A stretch of DNA of 32,000 nt from Longivirga aurantiaca (lineage in GTDB: Bacteria; Actinomycetota; Actinomycetes; S36-B12; CAIYMF01). The translations under genes and the position numbers were made by a program. This document shows positions 10,122 to 17,600 of the stretch, in pieces. How positions within the stretch are numbered: the first letter of the stretch is position 1; each line of letters starts with the position of its first letter. The stretch spans positions 2,145,604 to 2,177,603 of the forward strand of contig NZ_JBHSTI010000008.1 in assembly GCF_042660085.1 (NCBI RefSeq), read 5' to 3'. The notes below the pieces were generated by a model. The model did not search any database, had not been told where the DNA came from, and saw nothing but the letters and a program-made list of their open reading frames with translations.

Positions 10122-10168
10122 GGCCCCCGCTGGGCGAGGATGGCCGAAGGCCTCGCCCAGTAGGGGCC
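10122..10168. terminator. Imperfect long hairpin in convergent intergenic region, probable terminator
   Basis: GGCCCC(10122-10127)-CG-CTGGGCGAG(10130-10138) ... CTCGCCCAG(10152-10160)-TA-GGGGCC(10163-10168), located between a + gene ending at 10102 and a - gene ending at 10227. Confidence 0.55.
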
Positions 10169-10207
10169 TTCGCTGCTCGGAGCGCAACGACGTCGGCCTT
10201 CACGGCC
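10161..10207 (-). repeat. Copy A of an imperfect ~45-nt dispersed intergenic repeat
   Basis: Minus strand reads GGCCGTGAAGGCCGACGTCGTTGCGCTCCGAGCAGCGAAGGCCCC. It matches 14295-14339 (+) at 38 of 45 positions by hand alignment. Confidence 0.6.
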
Positions 10208-10219
10208 GAGCTGAAGGCC
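10195..10219. terminator. Hairpin immediately 3' of the nitroreductase gene
   Basis: Perfect 8-bp inverted repeat GGCCTTCA (10195-10202) / TGAAGGCC (10212-10219), 9-nt loop, just beyond the nitroreductase stop. Confidence 0.45.
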
Positions 10220-10226
10220 CCCTTCG

Positions 10227-10832
10227 TCACCAGCCGTTGCGGTGCGTGAGCTCGTCGGTCGTACGCCGACGGCGCGTGCGGGCCGACGAGCCGACCGACA
10301 GCGGGTCGGTCTCGGCCGCGTACCCGAGGGCGATCGCGCCGGCCGGACGGAACTGCGGCGGCACCCCGAAGTGCTCGAGCACGGCCGCCTCGCCCTCGGA
10401 GAACCCGAAGAACCAGGCGCCGAGGCCTTCGTCGACGGCGGCCAGGAGGATGCACATCGAGGCCATCCCCGCATCGACGTACCAGAAGGGCACCGGCCAC
10501 TTCTCCTCGTCCGACAGGCCGAACTCCTGCTTGTCGGGCGCGGAGTAGCGCGCGAGGTACGCCGCCTTGTGCGCCAGCGGGATCACGACGACCGGCGCGA
10601 GCAGCGCGGTGTCGTCAGCGGTGCGTGCGTTGGTCGGGTCGTCGATCGTCGCCCAGAACCACGCGATCTCGGCGGGGTCGGAGATGACCAGGAACTCGTT
10701 CCCCTGCGTGAAGCCGGCCGACGGCGCGCGCAGCACGGAGTCGAGCACCCGCTCGAGGACGTCGGAGGGCACCGGCTCCTGCGAGTACGACCTGACCGAC
10801 GTGCGGCGCCTCAGCGCCTCCCACAGCTCCAT
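10227..10832 (-). CDS. Nitroreductase family protein
   Basis: About 201 aa from MELWEALRRRTSVRSYSQEPVPSDVLERVLDSVLRAPSAGFTQG. WYVDAGMASMCILLAAVDEGLGAWFFGF is a typical FMN-nitroreductase core. Confidence 0.88.
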   Translation of the reverse strand: MELWEALRRRTSVRSYSQEPVPSDVLERVLDSVLRAPSAGFTQGNEFLVISDPAEIAWFWATIDDPTNARTADDTALLAPVVVIPLAHKAAYLARYSAPDKQEFGLSDEEKWPVPFWYVDAGMASMCILLAAVDEGLGAWFFGFSEGEAAVLEHFGVPPQFRPAGAIALGYAAETDPLSVGSSARTRRRRTTDELTHRNGW

Positions 10833-10888
10833 GCCCCGCATCCTGCACCCACCAGGTGCGGTGCCGGCAGTCCGTGGGCGGCGGCGTC

Positions 10889-11044
10889 CTACATCGGGCC
10901 GCCGCCGCGCCGCGGGCCGTGCTTGCCGAGCTGGTCGGTCTCGACCTCGTACGCCGTGTCCAGGCCGGTCCGCGGGCTGCGGCTGGCCTTCATCCACAGC
11001 CAGACGAAGACCGCGACAACAACTCCCAGGATGACCCAACCCAT
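10889..11044 (-). CDS. 51-aa putative single-pass membrane peptide (not in supplied ORF track)
   Basis: Hand translation from ATG (CAT 11042-11044) to TAG: MGWVILGVVVAVFVWLWMKASRSPRTGLDTAYEVETDQLGKHGPRRGGGPM. One hydrophobic N-terminal helix and a charged tail. Confidence 0.5.
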   Translation of the reverse strand: MGWVILGVVVAVFVWLWMKASRSPRTGLDTAYEVETDQLGKHGPRRGGGPM

Positions 11045-11108
11045 GACTGCTCCCCCTGTCCCCCTGATCAGCGTGGCTGCCTCGCACCATCGTGGCTCAC
11101 GGCCCGGG

Positions 11109-11178
11109 GATCTGCCCCCGGATCGGTCGTGAAGACACGACCGAACGCCTCGGGAAGCGACGGAACCGGGGGCAGATC
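11109..11178. repeat. Nested perfect inverted repeats (13-bp outer, 9-bp inner)
   Basis: Outer GATCTGCCCCCGG (11109-11121) / CCGGGGGCAGATC (11166-11178). Inner TCGGTCGTG (11123-11131) / CACGACCGA (11136-11144) with AAGA loop. Confidence 0.8.
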
Positions 11179-11194
11179 GCCGAGACGAGCCGGG

Positions 11195-11950
11195 TCAGTC
11201 CCAGCGGCCGCAGCTGGCGAGGACGACGGCTGCGGCCACCGCGCCGGCAGTCGAGGTACGCAGCACCGACGGGCCGAGCCGGGCCGACAGCGCGCCGGCC
11301 GCCTCGAACGCCGCCTTCTCGTCGTCGGAGATGCCGCCCTCGGGCCCGACGACCAGCACGACGTCGCCCGTGCTCCGGAGCCTGATCGACGACATCCGCA
11401 GCGAGGCTGCCTCGTGCAGCACCAGCGCCGTCCCGCCCGACCCGACCGCCGCCGACACCAGCGCGACGACCTCCGCCGTGGTCGCGAGCGGGTCGATCTC
11501 GGGCACGAACGGTTGGCGCGACTGCTTGGCCGCCTCGCGGGCGGTCGTGCGCCACTTCTCCACGCCGCGCTGGGCCTTCTCGCCCTTCCAAACCGCGACC
11601 GACCGCGACGCGGACCACGGCACGACGACGTCGGCCCCGACCTCGGTGAGCAGCTCGACCGAGAGGTCGCCACGCTCGCCCTTGGGCAGGGCCTGGACGA
11701 CGATGACGCGCGGCGACGGCGGCTCGTGCACGACCACGGAGACGACGCGTGCCTCGAGCCGGTCGCGTCCGACCACGCCGATCGCCTCGGCCTCGACGAC
11801 CGTGCCGAAGCCGTCGCCGACGAGCACCGTCTCGCCCACGGTGATGCGGCGCACCGAGACCGCGTGCCGCCCCTCCGCGCCCTCGAGCACCACGACTGCG
11901 CCCTCCTGGCGCGGCACACCGGCGTCGGAGAGGAAGAACGGCGCGGTCAT
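11195..11950 (-). CDS. rsmE: 16S rRNA (uracil1498-N3)-methyltransferase RsmE
   Basis: From MTAPFFLSDAGVPRQEG: GRHAVSVRRITVGETVLVGDG, ALPKGERGDLSVELLTEVGADVVVPWSASRSVAVWKG, VLVVGPEGGISDDEKAAFEAAGA. Confidence 0.95.
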   Translation of the reverse strand: MTAPFFLSDAGVPRQEGAVVVLEGAEGRHAVSVRRITVGETVLVGDGFGTVVEAEAIGVVGRDRLEARVVSVVVHEPPSPRVIVVQALPKGERGDLSVELLTEVGADVVVPWSASRSVAVWKGEKAQRGVEKWRTTAREAAKQSRQPFVPEIDPLATTAEVVALVSAAVGSGGTALVLHEAASLRMSSIRLRSTGDVVLVVGPEGGISDDEKAAFEAAGALSARLGPSVLRTSTAGAVAAAVVLASCGRWD

Positions 11951-11957
11951 CGCGCGC

Positions 11958-13085
11958 TCAGCGGCCGTTGAACGCGTCGCGCAGGCGCGAGAAGAGGCCG
12001 CTCTGCTCGACGCGCCCGGCCTGCACGGTCGTGGTGGCTGCGGACTCGCCACGCAACGTCGCGAGCTGACGGATCAGCTCCTCCTGCTGGGCGTCGAGCT
12101 TGGTCGGCGTCGCGACGTCGACGTGCACGTGCAGGTCGCCGCGGCCGGATCCGCGCAGGTGCGCGACACCCTTCTGCCGCAGCGTCACGGTCTGGCCGGA
12201 CTGCGTCCCGGGCTTGACCTCGATGCGCTCGAGCCCGTCGAGGGTCTCGAGGTCGACGGCTGTGCCGAGGGCCGCCGAGGTCATCGGCAGCGTCACGGTG
12301 CAGTGCAGGTCGTCGCCCTGGCGCGAGAAGATCTCGTGCGGCGTCTCGACCACCTCGAGGAAGAGGTCGCCCGGGGTACCGCCGCCCGGGCCCACCTCGC
12401 CCTCGCCCGACAGCTGGATGCGCGTGCCGGTGTCGACGCCCGGCGGCACCTTCACGGTGATCGTGCGGCGCGTGCGCACGCGGCCGTCGCCGGAGCACTC
12501 GGGGCACGGGTGCGGGATGAGCGTGCCGAAGCCCTGGCACTGCGGGCACGGGCGGGAGGTCATGACCTGCCCGAGGAACGAGCGCTGCACCGACTGCACC
12601 TCGCCGCGCCCCTGGCACATCGTGCAGGTGACAACCTGGGTGTCCGGGGCCGTGCCCGCGCCGGAGCACGAGCCGCAGACCACGGCGGTGTCGACGGTGA
12701 GCTCGCGCGTGACGCCGAAGGTCGCCTCGGCGAGATCCACCTGCAGGCGGATGAGCGCGTCCTTGCCGCGGCTGCGGCGCGAGCGCGGGCCGCGCGCCTG
12801 GGTGCCGAAGAACGCGTCCATGATGTCGCCGAAGCCGAAGCCCTGGCCGCCGCCGAAGCCGGCCGCCCCGCCGCGCGGGTCGCCGCCGAGGTCGTACATC
12901 TGGCGCTTGTCGGCGTCCGACAGCACCTCGTACGCCGCGGTGACCTCCTTGAACCGGTCCTGGGTCGCAGGGTCCGGGTTCACGTCCGGGTGGAGCTCGC
13001 GCGCCAGCTTGCGGTAGGCGCGCTTGATCTCCTCGGGGGTCGCGTCGTGCGCGACGCCCAGGACGGCGTACAGGTCGGTGGCCAC
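11958..13085 (-). CDS. dnaJ: Molecular chaperone DnaJ
   Basis: 375 aa: J domain with HPD (KLARELHPDVNPDP), G/F-rich region, and zinc-finger CxxCxGxG-type repeats (CGSCSGAG, CTMCQGRG, CPQCQGFG, CPECSGDG). Confidence 0.97.
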   Translation of the reverse strand: MATDLYAVLGVAHDATPEEIKRAYRKLARELHPDVNPDPATQDRFKEVTAAYEVLSDADKRQMYDLGGDPRGGAAGFGGGQGFGFGDIMDAFFGTQARGPRSRRSRGKDALIRLQVDLAEATFGVTRELTVDTAVVCGSCSGAGTAPDTQVVTCTMCQGRGEVQSVQRSFLGQVMTSRPCPQCQGFGTLIPHPCPECSGDGRVRTRRTITVKVPPGVDTGTRIQLSGEGEVGPGGGTPGDLFLEVVETPHEIFSRQGDDLHCTVTLPMTSAALGTAVDLETLDGLERIEVKPGTQSGQTVTLRQKGVAHLRGSGRGDLHVHVDVATPTKLDAQQEELIRQLATLRGESAATTTVQAGRVEQSGLFSRLRDAFNGR

Positions 13086-13128
13086 GGTCTCGCGTTCTCT
13101 CGTCGGGGTCAGGCTCGTGCGGAGGGAG

Positions 13129-14151
13129 TCACTGCTGCTCGGTCAGGATGCGCCCGACGTACCGCGCGACCGCGCGGACCGAGCCCATCGTGCCGGGGTA
13201 GTCCATGCGGGTGGGGCCGACGACGCCGAGCTGCGCGACGACGTCGTCGCCCAGGCCGTACCCGACCGTCACCACCGATGTGGCGGACAGGCCCTCGACC
13301 TCGTTCTCGTGGCCGATGCGCACGCTGAGGACGTCGGTGGTGCGGCTCTCGCCGAGCAGGCGCAGCAGCACCATCTGCTCCTCGAGCGCCTCGAGCACCG
13401 GACGCACGGTGCCGGTGAAGTCCTCCCCGAACTTGGCGAGGTTGGCGGTGCCCGCCAGCATCACGCGCTCCTCGTGGCGCTCGACCACCGTCTCGAGCAG
13501 CGACGCGACCACCGCGGTGACGGCGGGGCGCTCGTCGGAGGCGAACTGCTCGGGCAGGTCGGACACGCGGTCGGCGACGTCGACCAGGCGCTGGCCGGTG
13601 ACACGCTCGAGGATCCGGCCGCGCAGACGCCCGAGGAGGTCGTCGGTCATCGCGACGCCGGTCTCCACCACGCGCTGCTCGACGCGGCCGGTGTCGGCGA
13701 TGAGCACGAGCAGCACGCGCGACGGCCCGAGGCCGACGAGCTCGATGTGCCGCACGTGCGAGCGCGTGAGCGAGGGGTACTGGATGAGCGCGACCTGGCG
13801 GGTCAGCTGCGCGAGCAGGCGCACCGAGCGCTGCATGACGTCGTCGAGGTCGACGGCGCCGTCGAGGAACGAGCCGATCGCCCGGCGCTCGGCGGCCGAC
13901 ATCGGCTTGACCTGGCTCAGGCGGTCGACGAAGACGCGGTAGCCCTGGTCGGTGGGCACGCGGCCGGCGCTCGTGTGGGGCTGCGCGATGAGCCCCTCCT
14001 CCTCGAGCGCCGCCATGTCGTTGCGGATCGTGGCGGGGCTGACGCCGAGCGAGTGGCGCTCGACCAGGGAGCGCGATCCCACGGGCTCGTGGGTGGCGAC
14101 GTAGTCCTCGACGATGGCGCGCAGCACCGCGAGACGGCGATCCTCGACCAC
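13129..14151 (-). CDS. hrcA: Heat-inducible transcriptional repressor HrcA
   Basis: 340 aa: [72 protein letters not shown]. Confidence 0.97.
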   Translation of the reverse strand: MVEDRRLAVLRAIVEDYVATHEPVGSRSLVERHSLGVSPATIRNDMAALEEEGLIAQPHTSAGRVPTDQGYRVFVDRLSQVKPMSAAERRAIGSFLDGAVDLDDVMQRSVRLLAQLTRQVALIQYPSLTRSHVRHIELVGLGPSRVLLVLIADTGRVEQRVVETGVAMTDDLLGRLRGRILERVTGQRLVDVADRVSDLPEQFASDERPAVTAVVASLLETVVERHEERVMLAGTANLAKFGEDFTGTVRPVLEALEEQMVLLRLLGESRTTDVLSVRIGHENEVEGLSATSVVTVGYGLGDDVVAQLGVVGPTRMDYPGTMGSVRAVARYVGRILTEQQ

Positions 14152-14163
14152 TGCTCACCTCCG

Positions 14164-14190
14164 CTGGCACTCCCGCTGGACGAGTGCCAA
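14164..14190 (-). promoter_or_regulatory. CIRCE operator (HrcA binding site)
   Basis: TGGCACTC (14165-14172) - 9 nt (CCGCTGGAC) - GAGTGCCA (14182-14189). Minus strand TTGGCACTCGTCCAGCGGGAGTGCCAG matches consensus TTAGCACTC-N9-GAGTGCTAA and lies 12-13 nt upstream of hrcA, next to its GGAGG. Confidence 0.9.
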
Positions 14191-14294
14191 GTCTACGTCG
14201 AAGCCGCCCGCGGCACGCCCCGAGCGCGCCGGGTCGGCGGCGGGTCCGGGGATCACGGCGCCGCGGAGCCTAGGCTCGACGGCGATCGGGGCCC

Positions 14295-14345
14295 GGCCGT
14301 GAAGGCCGGAATTGTTGCGCTCTGAGCGACGAAGGCCCCCTTCAT
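14295..14345 (+). repeat. Copy B of the imperfect ~45-nt dispersed intergenic repeat
   Basis: GGCCGTGAAGGCCGGAATTGTTGCGCTCTGAGCGACGAAGGCCCCCTTC, 38/45 to copy A by hand alignment. Ends in a small GAAGG/CCTTC hairpin. Confidence 0.6.
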
Positions 14346-14377
14346 CGCGAACCAGATCGTGCGACGGAGGAGCGGGA

Positions 14378-15280
14378 GTGAGCGAGGGGACGACGACGCG
14401 GGTGCGGCGGGCGGCGTGGCGGAGCTGGTTCGTCGTCGGCCTCGCGCTGTGGGTGGCGTCGGCGGTCGTCACGTACTGGACCGAGAACCCGACCCTGCTC
14501 CCGACGGTGATCCTGCTCGGCAGCTTCCTCGTGCCCACCACGTTCGTGCTCTGGGCGTTCGAGACGCGCGCCGGCAGCTCCCTCTCCCCGACACTGGTGC
14601 TCAAGGCATTCGTGGTCGGCGGCGTCCTCGGGGTGCTGCTCGCCTCGGTGATCGAGACCGCGCTGCTGACCGGCGGCCGACCCCTGCTCATGTACGCCGG
14701 CGTCGGACTCATCGAGGAGGCGGCCAAGCTCGCCGCGCTCTGGTGGGTCGCGCGCGAGATGACCCGGCACACGCGGCGCGACGGCATGATCCTCGGCGCG
14801 GCGGTGGGCTTCGGCTTCGCGGCCTTCGAGACCGCGGGCTACGCCTTCAACGCCCTCGTCAGCCTCGACGGCTACGACCTGCGCGCACTGCTCGAGATCG
14901 AGGTGCTGCGCAGCGTGCTCTCCCCCGTCGGCCACGGGCTCTGGACCGCCGTCCTCGGCGGCGCGCTCTTCGCCTCGGCGCAGGCGACGGGCCGCTTCCG
15001 CCTCAGCCGCGAGCTCGTCCTCACCTACCTCGCGATGTCCGGCCTGCACGCGCTCTGGGACATGGCCGGGGGCCTCGCGGCGGTCTTCACGTGGGTGTTC
15101 ACGGCGTCCGAGTGGCAGACCTCGCTCCTGCAGTCCGGGCGCCTCCCTGCCCCGACCCAGCAGCAGGTCCATCTCAGCGGCGTCCTCACCTGGCTCATCC
15201 TCACCGGCGTCGCCGTGTGGGGCGTGTGGGTGCTCGGCCGCCGGTGGCAGGCCGCGAAGGACGAGGACGTGCCCGCATGA
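14378..15280 (+). CDS. PrsW-like intramembrane metalloprotease
   Basis: From GTG at 14378 with upstream GGAGG: multi-TM protein with GLIEEAAKLAALWW (EExxK) and HALWDMAGG (HxxxD), both PrsW hallmarks. Confidence 0.85.
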   Translation: MSEGTTTRVRRAAWRSWFVVGLALWVASAVVTYWTENPTLLPTVILLGSFLVPTTFVLWAFETRAGSSLSPTLVLKAFVVGGVLGVLLASVIETALLTGGRPLLMYAGVGLIEEAAKLAALWWVAREMTRHTRRDGMILGAAVGFGFAAFETAGYAFNALVSLDGYDLRALLEIEVLRSVLSPVGHGLWTAVLGGALFASAQATGRFRLSRELVLTYLAMSGLHALWDMAGGLAAVFTWVFTASEWQTSLLQSGRLPAPTQQQVHLSGVLTWLILTGVAVWGVWVLGRRWQAAKDEDVPA

Positions 15281-16134
15281 CGCCCAGCCCGAACGACCGC
15301 TACGGCCGCGACGTGCTGTCGTCCGACCCGCACGCCCCGCGCAGGAAGGTCGTGCGCGAGGTCGGGGCCGAGACCGACCTCGTCGTCGAGTGCGCCATCA
15401 GCGGCTTCTGCGGCGCGGTGGTCGGGTTCGACAAGGGCCCCACCGGCATCGCGGTGGTGCTCGAGGACCGCAAGGGGCTGCGCCGCCCGTTCCTGCTGCG
15501 TCCGGCCGGCTTCCTCCTCGACGGCGAGACCGTCACCCTGGTCCGGCCGGCCGTCGCGGCCCCGAGCGGCCCCACGCGCACGGCGTCCGGCTCGATCGCC
15601 GTCGCCGGCGCACGGGCGCGCGTGGCCCGTGAGTCGCGCATCTGGGTCGAGGGCCTCCACGACGCCGAGCTCGTCGAGAAGGTGTGGGGCCACGACCTGC
15701 GCGTCGAGGGTGTCGTGGTCGAGCCGCTGCACGGCGCCGACGACCTCCTCGCCACGGTCACCGCCTTCCGCCCGAGCAAGGACCGTCGCATCGGTGTGCT
15801 GCTCGACCACCTCGTGCCCGGGTCGAAGGAGACGCGTATCGCCGACGAGGTGCGCCGGCTGCACAGCCCGCACGTCGTCGTCCTCGGCCACCCGTACGTC
15901 GACGTCTGGCAGGCGATCCGTCCGCAGGTCCTCGGCATCGACGCGTGGCCGGTCGTGCCGAAGGGGCAGCCGTGGAAGGAGGGCGTGCTCGCAGCGCTCG
16001 GACGACCGCACTCCACCCCGGCGGACGTCGCCGACGGGTGGCGCTGGCTGCTGGGCCACGTGCGCTCGTACGCCGACCTCGAGCCGACCTTGCTCGCCCG
16101 CGTGGAGGAGCTCATCGACGTCGTCACTGCGTGA
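15277..16134 (+). CDS. DUF3097 domain-containing protein
   Basis: 285 aa from ATG at 15277 (ATGA overlap with previous stop): DLVVECAISGFCGAVVGFDKGPTGIAVVLEDRKGLRRPFLLRPAGFLLDGETVTLVRP and WVEGLHDAELVEKVWGHDLRVEGVVVEPLHGADDL, as I recall for the actinobacterial DUF3097 family. Confidence 0.8.
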   Translation: MTPSPNDRYGRDVLSSDPHAPRRKVVREVGAETDLVVECAISGFCGAVVGFDKGPTGIAVVLEDRKGLRRPFLLRPAGFLLDGETVTLVRPAVAAPSGPTRTASGSIAVAGARARVARESRIWVEGLHDAELVEKVWGHDLRVEGVVVEPLHGADDLLATVTAFRPSKDRRIGVLLDHLVPGSKETRIADEVRRLHSPHVVVLGHPYVDVWQAIRPQVLGIDAWPVVPKGQPWKEGVLAALGRPHSTPADVADGWRWLLGHVRSYADLEPTLLARVEELIDVVTA

Positions 16135-16287
16135 TTGCACAGTCACGCAGCGCTGAACTTCCGTGCGCTGACCGGGCGACACCGTACGAACGTCCGATCC
16201 CGCGTCCCCCTCTGCGTCACGCAGGGCCGCTACGGTCGTGGCGAGCCGAACGTGGCCGCTCGCGATCGACCGCCCGAGGAGGGCCCT

Positions 16288-17088
16288 ATGTCCGACCAGA
16301 ACCCCACTCCCCCGGGGGACGACCCGATCTTCGGAGAGCAGCCCGCAGCCTCGAACGACCCGGTCTTCGGCGGCGGCACCCCGCCGCCTCCGCCCCCGCC
16401 GCCCATGCCCCCGGCTCCGCCCGCAGGGCCGGGCGCCGGTGACACCGTGGGCTCGGCGTTCAGCTGGGCGGTCGCGAAGTTCCAGGAGAACATCGGCATC
16501 TGGATCAGCCTGGCGGCCATCGTCTTCGCGCTCAACGCGGCCCAGACGATCATCAGCCGGGTCATCAACAACAACAGCGGCACCACGACCGGTGGCGTGT
16601 TCGCCGGCCTCGGCCTCACCCTCGTGCTCGGCGTGGTCTTCGGCGTCCTCGCCTGGCTCGCCTCGATCGGCGTCTACCGTGCTGCGCTGCGTCGCTCGCA
16701 GGGCACGCAGCCGTCGTTCGACATGCTCACGACCGGCGAGAACCTCGTGCCCTACATCGTCGTCGCGATCGTCTACGGCATCGCCACCGTCGTCGGGCTC
16801 GCGCTCTGCATCCTGCCCGGCGTCGCAGTGATCTTCCTGTTCCTCTTCGCGCCGTTCTTCGCGCTCGACAAGGGTCAGGGCGTGGGTGAGGCGCTCCGCA
16901 ACAGCTACCGCCTCGTCACCCAGAACTTCGGCGCCGTCGTGCTCGTGGCCATCGTCAACATCCTGGCCTCGATCCTCGGCAGCCTGCCCTTCACCTTCGG
17001 GCTCCTCACCCTGGTGACGCTGCCGTTCTCGGCGCTGTTCACCGTCCACGCCTACCGCACGCTCCAGAACGAGACCGTCGCCCCCTGA
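16288..17088 (+). CDS. Membrane protein with proline-rich N-terminal tail
   Basis: 266 aa from ATG at 16288 (upstream GAGGAGG): MSDQNPTPPGDDPIFGEQP...GGTPPPPPPPPMPPAPP followed by several TM segments. Confidence 0.8.
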   Translation: MSDQNPTPPGDDPIFGEQPAASNDPVFGGGTPPPPPPPPMPPAPPAGPGAGDTVGSAFSWAVAKFQENIGIWISLAAIVFALNAAQTIISRVINNNSGTTTGGVFAGLGLTLVLGVVFGVLAWLASIGVYRAALRRSQGTQPSFDMLTTGENLVPYIVVAIVYGIATVVGLALCILPGVAVIFLFLFAPFFALDKGQGVGEALRNSYRLVTQNFGAVVLVAIVNILASILGSLPFTFGLLTLVTLPFSALFTVHAYRTLQNETVAP

Positions 17089-17122
17089 CCGGGCGATGCC
17101 CACCGACCACCAAGGAGACACC

Positions 17123-17536
17123 GTGTCCGACCAGACCCCGCCGCCCCCCGGCGACGTTCCTCCCCCGCCCCCGCCCCCCGCGGCACCGCTGCCGCCGGCC
17201 GGCGACCAGCCGCTGTCGCCCAGCGACGAGCGCACGTTCGCGATGCTCGCCCACCTCGGCGGCATCCTCATCGGCTTCCTGTCCGGCCTGATCGCGATGC
17301 TCGTGTGGGGCAAGCGCTCCGCGTTCGTCGACGACCAGTCGAAGGAGGCGCTCAACTTCCAGATCACGCTGATCATCGGCTACGTCATCGCTGGCGTTCT
17401 CTCGATCGTCGGCATCGGGATCCTGCTGTGGGCGGCCCTCGGCATCGTCAACATCGTCTTCTGCATCCTCGGCGGCCTCGCGGCCAACAAGGGTGAGACC
17501 TACCGCTACCCCCTCGCCCTGCGCCTGGTGAAGTAG
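17123..17536 (+). CDS. DUF4870-like membrane protein with proline-rich N-terminal tail
   Basis: 137 aa from GTG at 17123 (upstream AAGGAG): SPSDERTFAMLAHLGGILIGFLSGLIAMLVWGKRSAFVDDQSKEALNFQITLIIGYVIAG is the DUF4870/Tic20-like core. Confidence 0.82.
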   Translation: MSDQTPPPPGDVPPPPPPPAAPLPPAGDQPLSPSDERTFAMLAHLGGILIGFLSGLIAMLVWGKRSAFVDDQSKEALNFQITLIIGYVIAGVLSIVGIGILLWAALGIVNIVFCILGGLAANKGETYRYPLALRLVK

Positions 17537-17550
17537 TCCTCACGCACCTC

Positions 17551-17588
17551 GTCGAGGCCCGTTCCGCATCCGCGGGGCGGGCCTCGAC
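17551..17588. terminator. Bidirectional terminator-like inverted repeat between convergent genes
   Basis: Perfect 11-bp inverted repeat GTCGAGGCCCG (17551-17561) / CGGGCCTCGAC (17578-17588) between the DUF4870-like gene (+) and hemW (-). Confidence 0.75.
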
Positions 17589-17600
17589 CCGTTGTGCGCG

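Noticed and set aside
14359-16134. 591-aa ORF start used by the track for the DUF3097 gene
   Set aside because: The N-terminal ~300 codons are an out-of-frame reading of the PrsW-like gene. The real start is ATG at 15277 overlapping the prsW stop.
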